From contig CAYZNS010000002.1 in NCBI GenBank assembly GCA_964479945.1, positions 13,172-77,171 on the forward strand: a stretch of DNA of 64,000 nucleotides. Reading direction: 5' to 3'. The notes beneath the pieces were generated by a model that was not told where the DNA came from, did no database searches, and worked only from the letters and a program-made list of their open reading frames with translations. The position numbers and the translations under genes were made by a program. Positions 37,987-49,000 of the stretch are shown in pieces; position 1 is the stretch's first letter; each line of letters starts with the position of its first letter. This DNA comes from an uncultured Candidatus Saccharibacteria bacterium. GTDB taxonomy: Bacteria > Patescibacteriota > Minisyncoccia > Ryanbacterales > 2-02-FULL-48-12.

Positions 37987-38193
37987 CTAACTTGCCGTAT
38001 ACCCCAATTCGGCAATCGCTTTAATCAAATCTTCCTTTTTCACTTTGCTTGCGTCAATTTCAAAAACACCCGTTTTGCCTTCGTAGCTTACCTCCACATT
38101 GGATACACCGTCCATCTGGCTGGTAAGCATCTGTATGCCCACGGCGCATGAGCCGCAGTGCATGCCTTCAATATGGAGTTCTAATTTTTCCAT
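37987..38193 (-). CDS. copZ: Copper chaperone (HMA domain)
   Basis: IEGMHCGSC...LGY. Confidence 0.85.
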   Translation of the reverse strand: MEKLELHIEGMHCGSCAVGIQMLTSQMDGVSNVEVSYEGKTGVFEIDASKVKKEDLIKAIAELGYTAS

Positions 38194-38217
38194 ACCATTA
38201 CCTTTAATTATAATTTT

Positions 38218-40746
38218 TTATGCGCCCACATGCGCCGGCTTCTCGCCTGCGGCAAGCGCTTTTTCGTCTTCATCTTCATGCCCGCGCTCAATCGGCGGCG
38301 TATATCTTCGCAGCAGAAGTGAATTCGTCACTACCGATACCGAGCTGAATGCCATGGCGAAACCGGCAATCTCGGGACGCAATGTCGCCTGCGAGAAACT
38401 AAAGAATATCTGCCCCGCGCGGCCGTAGTTTTCGGCAATTGCCACCACCCAATCTGCCGGCACGCCCAATGAGCTTTGCGTTATCAGCAAGTGAATCCCG
38501 CCCGCGATAGGAATGGCAAGCACGTTATAAATAAACGCCCAGAATAGATTCTGCCACACTTTTTTAATAGTCTTGCCGGATAATTGAATGGCAGTTACTA
38601 CATCTCGCAAGTCATCTTTCACCAGTATCACCTGCCCTGTCTGTACCGCAACGTCCGTGCCGGAGCCAACGGCAATGCCTATGTTTGCCTGTGCCAGCGC
38701 GGGGGAATCGTTAATGCCGTCTCCCACCATAGCAACGCTTTTGCCTTCTTTCTGCAGTTTTTTTATGGTCTCGGCTTTGTCCTGCGGCAGTACTTCCGCA
38801 AGCACGCGGTCAATGCCGACTTGCTTTGCGATGGCTTTTGCCGTCTTTGGATTGTCCCCCGTTATCATAATAATCTCCTTACCCATGTCTTTGAGCGCAT
38901 CAATTGCTTCCTTTGCATGCGGCTTTAGGGTATCCGCCATGGCAAGAAGTGCCGTTGGCTGCTTGTCCACTGCAAGAAACACTACCGTCTTTGCTTCATT
39001 CTGCAGGCGTTCCAACTCCTTTTTGTGTGGAGACGTATCCAGCCCAAGATCCGCCATATACTTCTGCTGCCCCACGTGAACCTCGCGGATGCCAATTGTG
39101 CCATGTACCCCCTTGCCTGCCACCGCTTCAAAGTCTTTAACTTCCTGAAGCGAGCCGTGTTCTTTGCCCTTTTCCACAATCGCGCGCGCCAGAGGATGCT
39201 CGGACCCAATTTCCACCGCCCCCGCAAAGAGCAAGGCATCTTTCTCCGTGATATCCTGCCGCAACATAACAACATCCGTTACCACCGGCTTGCCTATGGT
39301 AAGCGTACCAGTCTTGTCCAACGCCACCGCAGTAACACGGTATGCTTTCTCCAACGCTTCGCCGCCTTTTAAGATAATACCGAATTTTGTAGCACGCCCA
39401 ATGCCTACAATAAGAGCTGTCGGCGTAGCTAAGCCCATAGCACACGGGCAAGAAATAACGAGAACCGCAATCATACGCAGTAATCCCGCGCGAAATGGCA
39501 GAGCGGCTCCAAAATGCCAGCCGACAAAAACCAGTACGGAGAGTATAATAGCGAACGGCACAAAATATTCGCTTATTTTATCTACCAAGTTTTGAATGGG
39601 CGCCCGCGAGGCCTGCGCTTCTTCCACCATGTTTATAATCTGATGCAGCAGTGTATCTTTTCCAACCTTCGTCGCTTTGAATTTTACAAGACCTTCTTGG
39701 TTGATAGTAGCGCCAATCACTTCATCGCCAACCGTTTTAGAAACCGGCATGGATTCACCCGTAACCACTTTTTCGTCTATATGGCTTTTCCCCTCCAAAA
39801 TAACGCCATCCACCGGAAACTTCTCGCCTGGGCGCACTACCACCGTCTCTCCTTCCTTGATATCATCTATCGGTACGGTGGTTTCCTGACCGTCGCGCAC
39901 TATATGCGCTTCTTTTGCCTCCAGTTTTAAGAGTTCCTTAATGGCAACAGAGGCACGCCCCTTCGCTTTCGCTTCAAAATATCGCCCCAGCAAAATAAAG
40001 AACAAGAGCGCCGCGGATGACTCCCAGAAAGGATGGTCAATGTTAAAGAAGAGAAATCCGATGGCGCTGTAGAAATAAGCGGCGGAAGTACCAAGCGCCA
40101 CCAGCACATCCATATTGGCGGACCCCACGCGGATCGCGGTAAAAGAATTACGGTAAAACGGCCACGCGATTACAAACTGGATGGGCGTGGAGAGAATCCA
40201 GTATATATAGTTAAGGTCTATATGAAACGGCGGATTTGACACATTCACAAAAAGAGAGACAAACCAATTCAACGGCTGGGCGACAATCCAAAAAAAGTAG
40301 TTGGTATAATACGCTCCGTATGCCAGAAAACCCGGGCTTTGCCCCAATGTCGGCTGGCTTGCATTCAAAAAGTCAAACAACTCATGCACATGCGTTACAT
40401 TGAACATGTGAATGAGCATGTAATACATAATAATCGGAAATGCGAGCACGAACGCGGCAACCACGCGCCGCCGCGCTTCCTCAATTTTCTGCGCTTCTTT
40501 GCGTTCTTCCTCTTCCGGCGAAGCAGAGGATTCATCCGGGCGGATTATGTCGTACCCGAGCTTAGCCACCAGCTCATCAATTTTTTCCAATGATATCTTG
40601 GATTCGTCAAACTCAATCGCGGTTTTTTCCGCGCCATAATTGGTGGTAATTGATTTGACGCCGTCCTGCTGTCCCACGAGCTTGTCTATGAGCGTTGAAC
40701 AGGAAGCGCAATGCATACCTTTTACTTTGAGAACTAGTTTTGTCAT
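38218..40746 (-). CDS. copA: Cu(I)-translocating P1B-type ATPase
   Basis: GMHCASC, TGES, CPC, DKTGT, HP, GDGIND, YN and MAFSS motifs. Confidence 0.95.
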   Translation of the reverse strand: MTKLVLKVKGMHCASCSTLIDKLVGQQDGVKSITTNYGAEKTAIEFDESKISLEKIDELVAKLGYDIIRPDESSASPEEEERKEAQKIEEARRRVVAAFVLAFPIIMYYMLIHMFNVTHVHELFDFLNASQPTLGQSPGFLAYGAYYTNYFFWIVAQPLNWFVSLFVNVSNPPFHIDLNYIYWILSTPIQFVIAWPFYRNSFTAIRVGSANMDVLVALGTSAAYFYSAIGFLFFNIDHPFWESSAALLFFILLGRYFEAKAKGRASVAIKELLKLEAKEAHIVRDGQETTVPIDDIKEGETVVVRPGEKFPVDGVILEGKSHIDEKVVTGESMPVSKTVGDEVIGATINQEGLVKFKATKVGKDTLLHQIINMVEEAQASRAPIQNLVDKISEYFVPFAIILSVLVFVGWHFGAALPFRAGLLRMIAVLVISCPCAMGLATPTALIVGIGRATKFGIILKGGEALEKAYRVTAVALDKTGTLTIGKPVVTDVVMLRQDITEKDALLFAGAVEIGSEHPLARAIVEKGKEHGSLQEVKDFEAVAGKGVHGTIGIREVHVGQQKYMADLGLDTSPHKKELERLQNEAKTVVFLAVDKQPTALLAMADTLKPHAKEAIDALKDMGKEIIMITGDNPKTAKAIAKQVGIDRVLAEVLPQDKAETIKKLQKEGKSVAMVGDGINDSPALAQANIGIAVGSGTDVAVQTGQVILVKDDLRDVVTAIQLSGKTIKKVWQNLFWAFIYNVLAIPIAGGIHLLITQSSLGVPADWVVAIAENYGRAGQIFFSFSQATLRPEIAGFAMAFSSVSVVTNSLLLRRYTPPIERGHEDEDEKALAAGEKPAHVGA

Positions 40747-40771
40747 ATGCTCTGTACTGTGGATAACGATC

Positions 40772-40799
40772 TTGACAAATTATTATGACTTGCTATACT
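40772..40799 (+). promoter_or_regulatory. Sigma70-type promoter divergent from copA
   Basis: TTGACA-16 nt-TATACT with extended TG. Confidence 0.65.
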
Positions 40800-40905
40800 T
40801 TCTATACAACAACGGGTGTTCGTTACATTACGGGCAAAATCCGAGTGGCATAGAAAGAGTCCTTGTAAAAGGGCTTTTTCTGTTTTATGATATTCCCGTG
40901 GACCC

Positions 40906-40977
40906 GGGCCTGTGGTGTATAAAGTAACATGCCGTTGTTGCCACTCGGAGAAGCGGGTGCAAATCCCGTCGGGTCCA
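40906..40977 (+). tRNA. Atypical tRNA-like RNA (G3:U70, nominal anticodon TGC, Ala-like)
   Basis: Acceptor GGGCCTG/CGGGTCC+A, D-stem GTGT/ACAT, T-arm GCGGG-TGCAAAT-CCCGT; anticodon stem has only 3 bp. Confidence 0.55.
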
Positions 40978-40986
40978 CACCACGGA

Positions 40987-41009
40987 AACCGCCGCCCAAG
41001 GCGGTTTTT
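40987..41009. terminator. Terminator hairpin
   Basis: AAACCGCC-GCCCAA-GGCGGTTTTT. Confidence 0.65.
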
Positions 41010-41048
41010 GTGTCCTTACATTTGAAATCTGAAATCATAAATCTGAAA

Positions 41049-41486
41049 TTAATTTGTTTCTGAAACTATGCTTCTTACATGTATTTTCCCGATCATATCA
41101 AAATGATCGCGGAACTCTCCGTTCACATAGCCCTCACCGCATGGCACAGAACAGTAATACGGAAAATCTCCCACTTGTGTTACCACGAAATTTATCGTAA
41201 CAGTGCTGTTCGCCGGCATGCGCTGGGATATACCAAACGCGTCAATAGCTATGCCATGGTCATACAAATCTTCGTTCACCACTTCCATGATGATGCGATC
41301 CCCGCGGTCCGCTTCTATTATTTCCGGCTCAAACCGCCATTCGTCTTTACCGGCCACCACGCGGACATTGCGTACCACGCCGGTCGTAACCGGTTTTGCA
41401 TCCTCGGAAAGCACAAAGTTGCGGTAGAATATACCGCCTCCGATTACAACTGCCATCGCTATTATGATGATGAAGTATTTGTTCAT
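41049..41486 (-). CDS. Cupredoxin-domain protein (CuA-like)
   Basis: DHG...YYCSVPCGEG...HFDM.G; N-terminal TM; start taken at MNKYF. Confidence 0.8.
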   Translation of the reverse strand: MNKYFIIIIAMAVVIGGGIFYRNFVLSEDAKPVTTGVVRNVRVVAGKDEWRFEPEIIEADRGDRIIMEVVNEDLYDHGIAIDAFGISQRMPANSTVTINFVVTQVGDFPYYCSVPCGEGYVNGEFRDHFDMIGKIHVRSIVSETN

Positions 41487-41489
41487 GAA

Positions 41490-41577
41490 AAGTGCAAAGT
41501 GCAAAGTGCAAAGTTGCAGTTCAAAATTTATAATTTTTAACTTTGCATTGCAACTTTGCACTTTGAACTTTTAATTT
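41490..41577. repeat. Inverted heptamer arrays
   Basis: (AAGTGCA)n arm faces an (ACTTTGC)n arm. Confidence 0.75.
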
Positions 41578-43068
41578 TTAATTATTTGAAGTACCGCGAA
41601 GATATTTATTTACACCTAAACCTAAAATTGTCATAAGTACTAGTGAAACAAACAAGAGTCCCCACCATGCACTGCCGCTGCTTTGCACCGTATCTCCATG
41701 CGTGTGCGGCGCGGTACCCGGCGCATGCGTATGATCATCCTCTGCCGCAAAACTATCGTCAAGATGCTCATGCTCATCGCCTTCATCCGTATGCGCATGC
41801 ATCTCCGGCATCATAGGCATACCGCCGGATGATAGCTCACCTGCTCCGCCGACCGGCCCATGCCCCTCATACTGTAAGAGCGTTATCATACCGGCTGCCG
41901 CGTGATGCACGTGATGACAATGCAAAAGCCACGGACCTGGATTGTTTCCGCGGACAAGAATATCAACCGTCTCGCCGGGATTTATGGTTATGGTATTGCG
42001 CACTTCGCGCTGCCCGCGCGGGATCAAAAACCCGTCCTTCGCTATTACCTCAAAACTATGCCCGTGCAGATGCATAGGATGAAATGCCGCCGTTCCCGCA
42101 TTGATGAAGCGAACACGGACAAATTCTCCTTCCCTGATATGGAGAGTCTCCGTATATGGAAACACGCGCCCGTTTATGGTAAATGTATTAAACTCCGGCA
42201 CCGCGCCTTCCTCTCCCGCGCCATGCACGTGCGCCACCGCCGCGTTAACGCCACCTGCCAAAATGTCCCATTCATCAAGAATGAGCGTATAGTCACGATC
42301 CACTACCAGATCCCCTTCCTGCGGCTCCACAATAAAGGCGCCTGAGAGGCCCATATCCATCTGCTGAGCCGATGTAATATGAGATTTGCCATGCGTATGA
42401 TAAAAGCGCGTGCCAGCCGGCAGAGCATCAAATTCGTAGGTAAACTCTTCACCCGGCCCTATCGCTTGCTGTGTTACGCCGGCAACGCCGTCCATCTGCC
42501 ACGGTACATCCAGCCCGTGCCAATGCACGGTAGTGGCGTCCGGTAAATTGTTTTTTACGATGATGCGCACGCGGTCTCCTTCCGTAACGCGGATTTCCGG
42601 CCCCGGAACCTGGCCATTGTACCCCCAGGCGTGCACCCATTGGCCTGGCGCGTATTCCCAGCGGAACTCGCTTGCTTCCAGGCGAAATTCTTTTACTATA
42701 TCAGTTTTCCCTTTCCATATCCGGTATTGTTGAATTTCTTCAAACAAAAGACGATCTACACGGTCTGCCGGCGTCTTGAGCGGCAGGCGCTCAATCTCCG
42801 ATGCGCCTGGCAACGTATGGCCCGCGTGCGCATCTTCGCTGTGGTCGTGCATACTGCCATCATCATGCATATGCATCATGTCCATCATGCCGCTTTCATC
42901 ATGCAGATGGTCATCGCTGACGGCGACCTGTTCACGAAACCGCAGAGGCAGATAATATACAAACGTTATTAAAAATAACAGCGTAAGGGTGCCCAAAAGC
43001 CAAAAACGAAGTTTGTCGGCTTCAGGATTTATCAAATTTCTATTTTCTACTTTTTGTTCTTCTTCCAT
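41578..43068 (-). CDS. Two-domain multicopper oxidase with His-rich linkers and TM helices at both ends
   Basis: HWHG, YHTH, HPMHLHGH, HCHHVHH..AGM. Confidence 0.9.
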   Translation of the reverse strand: MEEEQKVENRNLINPEADKLRFWLLGTLTLLFLITFVYYLPLRFREQVAVSDDHLHDESGMMDMMHMHDDGSMHDHSEDAHAGHTLPGASEIERLPLKTPADRVDRLLFEEIQQYRIWKGKTDIVKEFRLEASEFRWEYAPGQWVHAWGYNGQVPGPEIRVTEGDRVRIIVKNNLPDATTVHWHGLDVPWQMDGVAGVTQQAIGPGEEFTYEFDALPAGTRFYHTHGKSHITSAQQMDMGLSGAFIVEPQEGDLVVDRDYTLILDEWDILAGGVNAAVAHVHGAGEEGAVPEFNTFTINGRVFPYTETLHIREGEFVRVRFINAGTAAFHPMHLHGHSFEVIAKDGFLIPRGQREVRNTITINPGETVDILVRGNNPGPWLLHCHHVHHAAAGMITLLQYEGHGPVGGAGELSSGGMPMMPEMHAHTDEGDEHEHLDDSFAAEDDHTHAPGTAPHTHGDTVQSSGSAWWGLLFVSLVLMTILGLGVNKYLRGTSNN

Positions 43069-43164
43069 ATGTAATAGATTTACGATTCAAGATTCAAGAA
43101 TTATCCTTCGTGAATCTTGATTCTCTTTTTTATATTGATCGTCGCGAAGCGACACATTAATTTT

Positions 43165-44202
43165 TCATTTTACACTTTGCATTTTACGTTTATTTATATA
43201 GTACCACCACATGGGTACAATCCACAACAACACTAATGCCCAGTTTCCTAACCACAGCGGCAAACCAAATAAACCGGTCTTGCCGACAAGCTCCTCGGTA
43301 CCATGCGTATGCGCCTGTCCCTGACCGATGCGTTTCGCAAATATGCTTGTGATGGCGTGTTCTTGCGTCAACTCTTCAAAAAGCACATGCTGTCCGGACG
43401 CCACCCACCAATCGTGCGTAAAAAGCCCCAGCACTAAAATGAAGCCGGCAACAAACACCATGCCCCACCCTGTCGCGCGCTCCACTTTGTCTTTGCGCGC
43501 TATGAGCCAACGCAAGCCGTTGACGCCCAAAATACCAAGTATGGCAAGCAGCAGCAACGGAAGCACGCGCCCTATCGCATGCACGAAGAAAAGCAGCCAG
43601 CCGTAAAATATATCGCCCGATACCGCGATGCGCGTCAAGATTACCGGCGTCGCCGGATGCGGACACCCCACGCCGATGTTGCCCAAAAAAAGCCCCAGCA
43701 TCAGCGCTTTGGCATAATCTCCTTGCCGTTGGATAAATGCGGGAGCCGCGCCAGAGTATGTTGGCATGCGAAAACGCACCAATCCCAGCTCTCCCAATGC
43801 GAAAATATAGGCAAAAATACCGGCTATGAAATAAAGCCAGTTTTTTACCGTCTCCAGCGGCGCGCCCAGCGTACCGACGGCAACTTCACCGATAGCGGCG
43901 GCGATAATGCCGTACGCGCTTAGCATCAACGCCACGCCGGCGCCAAACGCCAATGCTATGCCCAGCCCTTTTGCCACGCCCTTCCCCATGGATAGCGGCA
44001 CGATTACAAATGCCAAAGGAAACGTGCATGGCAGTACGATCATGGTGATACCGGCCGCAAAACTAAACAGATACCAACCCGCACCAACGGGAACGGAAGG
44101 ACCCCAAAAGAGTCCCCACAGCGCGCCGAACGTAATGAGCGCAAATATCCCGACAGCGGATATGGCTAGGAATGTTTTAAGTTTGGTTTGTTCTGGGGGC
44201 AT
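43165..44202 (-). CDS. CcdA/DsbD-type transmembrane electron transporter
   Basis: Polytopic; VLPCTFP and GVGCPHP cysteine motifs. Confidence 0.75.
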   Translation of the reverse strand: MPPEQTKLKTFLAISAVGIFALITFGALWGLFWGPSVPVGAGWYLFSFAAGITMIVLPCTFPLAFVIVPLSMGKGVAKGLGIALAFGAGVALMLSAYGIIAAAIGEVAVGTLGAPLETVKNWLYFIAGIFAYIFALGELGLVRFRMPTYSGAAPAFIQRQGDYAKALMLGLFLGNIGVGCPHPATPVILTRIAVSGDIFYGWLLFFVHAIGRVLPLLLLAILGILGVNGLRWLIARKDKVERATGWGMVFVAGFILVLGLFTHDWWVASGQHVLFEELTQEHAITSIFAKRIGQGQAHTHGTEELVGKTGLFGLPLWLGNWALVLLWIVPMWWYYINKRKMQSVK

Positions 44203-44206
44203 GTAC

Positions 44207-44340
44207 AAATGCAAAATTCAAAGTTCAAAATGCAAAGTTACAGTGCAAAGTGTAAAGTTTTCATGCAATCTTGTTTCCTTTAAGTTAACTTCTATAATTT
44301 TAAACTTTGGACTGCAACTTTGGACTTTGCATTTTGAACT
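44207..44340. repeat. Inverted heptamer arrays
   Basis: AAATGCA/AAGTTCA arm faces a TTTGGAC/TTTGCAT arm. Confidence 0.75.
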
Positions 44341-44368
44341 CGCAATGTAAGCGTTAGCGGATATAGTA

Positions 44369-44755
44369 TTACGGCTTGTCCTGCAACAAAAAGTATAACG
44401 CTGCCGCAGCGCCCAGCGGCGCGAAATCGCGGAACGTGGTGAGATCAACACCTACAAACAGGAGAATAAACGCCATTTCAAAAGCGGCGAGCAGCGCTAC
44501 AAACCGCGTGAGCTTCGGCCAAATCCAAAATAGAAACACAAGCGCAAAAAACAATTCAACAACCCCTTGCAATTGTAGATAGGTGTTGATACCAATCGCG
44601 TTTATGATATTCTGAAATACCATAGGTAACCCGCGGACAGCCCAATGCCACCCGGTCGGATGCCAGATAAGATCAATCCCCGAGTAGCCGAACATGGCAG
44701 CAAGACCGAGGCGAAGGGACCATTCAACGTATCTATAATTAGATTTTATATTCAT
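44369..44755 (-). CDS. DoxX-family membrane protein
   Basis: LRLGLA..F.Y.G, GVVE, RDF motifs. Confidence 0.7.
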   Translation of the reverse strand: MNIKSNYRYVEWSLRLGLAAMFGYSGIDLIWHPTGWHWAVRGLPMVFQNIINAIGINTYLQLQGVVELFFALVFLFWIWPKLTRFVALLAAFEMAFILLFVGVDLTTFRDFAPLGAAAALYFLLQDKP

Positions 44756-44760
44756 GCTCA

Positions 44761-44918
44761 TAATTATTCTAATTACCCTAATTGACCTAATTATTCTAAG
44801 AAAATCCCAATGACCAAATGATTTAAATCCCAAAAGAAACTATATATATTGATGATTGGGTATTAGGATTTGGACATTCCTTAGGTCAATTAGAATAATT
44901 AGGGTAATTAGAATAATT
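44761..44918. repeat. Nested inverted arrays of a ~9-bp unit
   Basis: TAATTATTC/TAATTACCC/TAATTGACC faces TTAGGTCAA/TTAGAATAA/TTAGGGTAA; inner AAATCCCAA/TTGGG arms. Confidence 0.7.
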
Positions 44919-45184
44919 TATTTTGATAATTCCTTCAACTTCCCCAAAAACTTCTCCCTATCAAATCCTCCCGTACTAAAAAGCTCCCCGTTTATAATAA
45001 TACCGGGAGAAGCAAATATCATAAACTTCCCCGCCATCTCTTGCCCTTCCGGCGTGGTAACATCAACATGCCGGAAGGTTACATTCGGCCAGTCTTTTTC
45101 TATTGTATGCCAGTATTCCTCAAACAGCGCGCAATTAACGCATCCGGGGGAAGCAAGAACATCAAGCGTTATTTGTTTTCCATC
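44918..45184 (-). CDS. Thioredoxin/glutaredoxin-like protein
   Basis: SPGCVNC, SPGIIING. Confidence 0.85.
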   Translation of the reverse strand, partial: DGKQITLDVLASPGCVNCALFEEYWHTIEKDWPNVTFRHVDVTTPEGQEMAGKFMIFASPGIIINGELFSTGGFDREKFLGKLKELSK

Positions 45185-45284
45185 CATTCTTTCATCATAT
45201 CACACTTCCGCAACAAAATTTTCCTATTCATGTGGATTACTGTGGGGTATTTAACAAACTTGAATAATCACGCTATATTACTAT

Positions 45285-45372
45285 TCCGGATGCGCTCCCC
45301 CACCAAAAGTTTTGGTGGGGGAGTGTGCTGTCTTCCGGTGTAACCGGAATAAAGCTCGGTTAGTCACAATCC
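45285..45372. ncRNA. Conserved structured motif, copy 2
   Basis: See 28995-29101; preceded on + by TTAACA-17-TATATT. Confidence 0.5.
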
Positions 45373-45437
45373 TTGCGTTTACTTGAGTTTATGAGCTCGT
45401 ACTGGTATTTTCGTTTATCGTTTTCATAATCATGATA

Positions 45438-46064
45438 TTAGCGCATCAAGTTTCGCTGGCAGTCCTCGCGCATGCGGACATCAGTAATCTTGCCGCAGTG
45501 GGCAGGATCCCGATGCGCTTGATTCATGTAACAACCGTCGCGTATATTGATATTTCCTATCTTTTTACAAAGCTCTACATCTCCCATGCGAGATGCCTGG
45601 TTTGAAAAACAGTTGTCACGATCATCAGCTCGTTGAATTTTTTCACATACAGCAAGTCCGCCGCCCATCTGCTGGGCTAATGAAGAATAACACTTATCAC
45701 GGACGTCAATAGGCGCTTTGTCGCAGAGAGAAGGATCATTTTTCTTGGAAGCGGATGTTGCGTAACATTGCGCCTTGAATTCGCCTGTTTTGAGATTATC
45801 GCAAATCGCAGGATCATCTTTTTCAATCGCGAAGACAAAATGGCATATATCGCGCGCGATATAGGGAGTTGCGCCAAACCCTCCATTTTGATCAAGAGGA
45901 TCGGAAAGAAGAGGCAGCATCTCGCAAAGCTCTTTGCCTCCCTCTTTGCTCACCATGATGGGCCCTTTTTACGTCATATACACGCCGAGCCCCGTGCTTA
46001 TTACAAGCAAAACACCGAGAACAGTGATAATGATGTTTTTTGTATGTAATGATTGTTCGTTCAT
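45438..46064 (-). pseudogene. Cys-repeat (C..I.....RD.CY) membrane-anchored protein with an in-frame TAA
   Basis: ATG 46064 gives a TM helix, then TAA at 45969-45971, then the frame continues into the 172-aa ORF. Confidence 0.65.
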
Positions 46065-46081
46065 ATAATTTTTAAAGATAG

Positions 46082-49000
46082 TTATGGATTTACCAAAAAC
46101 GTGGTGGGGTTCTCTGTCATGGTAAGATAATTAACACGCGCGCGATTAGCATAATCAATCCCCAGATAACTATAATATGCCCCGACGCGATAGAGTTTGG
46201 CAGGATCAAGAATAGGACCATCATACGCTTTTGAACCAGTCTGACTGCTGATAGGAACCGAAACAGTGCTTCGATATACCTGGGTTCTGCTTACTTCTTC
46301 ATGAACATGAATCGAGTAACCGGCTGTAATGGTGCTTGCCCAGTGAGCGGGCCATCCGCTTTGCGGCACGGTCCACTGAATGGTAAACGGCTGCAGGACC
46401 GGCGAGAACGCGGAGGTTGGACTTATAATACGCGTAGAAGATAATGCATGCTGATGCAGCATATCGGAAATAATGGTTTCAATGCCTGTGGAATCAACTA
46501 CCGCCACATAATAACTATATTCCCCGATGGGAACAGTATTGCCATAGTCAAATATGCGCGATGTTGCGGTCCATGCTTCATAATCTGTCCTGCAGGAAAA
46601 CCCGAGCGACCAATTTAGATCAGTGGTAACGCTCGTTCCGCACGCGGTACTGGCAAGTGGAAATGATCCACTCAACGCAAATTGAGTTTCTCCCGGTTTT
46701 TTCTCATAGAGCCGAATAGCGCGCACATCAGTAAATTTTGTTCTATCAAACCCGAAGCGAACAGACCGCACAAAGCGATGTGAATCGTACTGACTCCCTC
46801 CCCAATATCCGCCTTGATCTGATTTGACTTCTATACTCAATACTTTTGTAGCACTCGCTCCCGCGCTGTCGGTAACACCCGCGGTAAATGTATAGGTCCC
46901 GGGTACCACCAATGGCCATTGTGAAATCTGGCCGGTTGCAGCAAGTTTAAGCCCATTGGGGAAATTGCCTCCCACAATCTGCCATTGATAGGGCGCAACG
47001 CCTCCGGTTGCCGAAAGCGCTACACTACGCAGGGATCCATCTTGATTAACTCCAAAATAAGATATACCCCACGCGCCAGCTGGTAAATTAGTAGTTGTAA
47101 TAGAAAGCGTTGATGTGGTCAAAGCCGTAGAATCTATCCAAATAGTGGTTACGACCTCGGGCATTGCGTTATAAGTATCCCAAGCCAATGAGTCTTGATT
47201 CATGATAATACGGCCGGCATCAATGAGCACAATATACTTCTTTGCGGGATCAAGCGCTGGACCATCATAGACAAAGGATCCGGTTATGGATCCGGCGGGC
47301 GCATAATTATACATAAATTTCTGCCAATACACCTGCCGCGTATCGCTATCATAAAGAGCAATGCGATAACTAGGCGCTGTACCTACAGGCCAACCACTCG
47401 TAAGTGTCCATTGAAATGTTATAGGAGAACCGATTGTTTGAGCGCCAGATGGGCTTACAATTTTTACCTTCGGCGTTGCATACTTCTTGATTATTTTTGA
47501 TGAGGCACGCGCAAATCCGGATGGAGGAAGGATTGTTTCATTACCTGAAGAATCAACAGCTGCAACGTAATACTCGTAGGTACCAACCAGGTAGGTTGAT
47601 GAATGAAATTGGCTGGTGCGCCGGGCGGTCCATTGATCCAATGAGCCAAGTGGATCAGAGCGTCCACAGCCAAAATCCAATGCCCAACCGGTGACGCTAA
47701 CAACATTACTGTTACACCTCCATGACACGAGTAGCGAAAAGGTTGCCACAGAGTTAAACGCACTGTCTCCCGGCCGCTTTTCATAAATGCGTAGCGATTG
47801 TACAGTTGGATACGACGAGGTGGCGAAAGTGAAATTGACCCGATCAATAAATGTATCCGGCAGCCATCCATTGTGCCATGTGGCAGAAGCGGGTGCGTAA
47901 CCGACTCTGAAAGGACCGTCACTTGCATCCTTTATAGCTGGATCAGCCGAGTCAGAAATCTCAATCGTAAATCCAGTAAGGTTCTGCATGTTAGCCGGAA
48001 CACTCCAAGTATAGCTGAATGTACCGCTTTCCGCGTTCTGGGGAATTTTGGTTCCCAATGTCGTGAAGAGATTTCCATCCTTAAGTATTTTAATGGCAAC
48101 AGTTTTGGACACTAAACCGCTTGAGGTCCATGAAATAGTAACCATTTCATCAACCATCAAAAGTTCTCCGCTGTTTGGATAGAGTACCATTATGCTGGAT
48201 GCAGGAGCCGACGAAAGAGATGCAACGATCGGAGCCCCCGCAATCTCAATGGCTAACACCCGAGATCCGATGACACTTCTTCCATCAGTGGCCTCCACTG
48301 TGAACTCGGCTACCCCCGCGATGGAAGGCATACCGGAGATAACGCCGCTTGAAGAATCAAGAGCAAGACCTGAAGGCAATGAACCGACTTTCACACTCCA
48401 ACGGAGCGGCGCAACACCATTTACCGCCGTAAGTGCTGCACGGTATTCTTTCCCGACAACACCTGCGGGCAATCGTTCGTGGAAAAAGATATCACCCTTG
48501 AGATTAGAATCGCCAGGAACGAGATTTGAAAATGCTGAAGCAAAGGCCACAAATCGACCATCCGCGCTGATTGCTGGATCCCCGAAGATATGCGCAGCCG
48601 AACCCTGTTGGCCGCTATCAGAAATACTTACGCGGCTTGTCCGTTTTGTCTCCCGGTCATACACAAAAATATCGGGTTGGGAATTGGTATCTCCGACTAT
48701 GAGGTTTGAGGCGTAAGATTCAAAAACCATATAGCGGCCATCAGCACTGATTGTAGTATTTACGCTATGACCATTCCCTTCTCCTCCCATCGAGGAAACA
48801 CTCACCCGAGTCGTGGTCTTAGCAACACGATCGTGGACAAACACATCCCCCACGCCATTAGCATCACCAGAGATAAGATCAGATGCGCTAGAAACAAACG
48901 TGACATAGCGGCCGTCAGAACTTATTGATGGCGCATAAAGAGAGCTTGGCCCTGCGATACCGGTACTCTGGAGGCCACTATTCGTGATACTCACACGCGT

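Noticed and set aside
40823-41038. 71-aa ORF, or tmRNA 3' end
   Set aside because: Antisense shadow of the tRNA-like RNA; a D-arm and 17-nt anticodon arm are present and there is no tag reading frame.
45969-45971. Alternative genetic code (stop reassignment)
   Set aside because: Conserved genes end normally at TAA, TAG and TGA, so code 11 fits.
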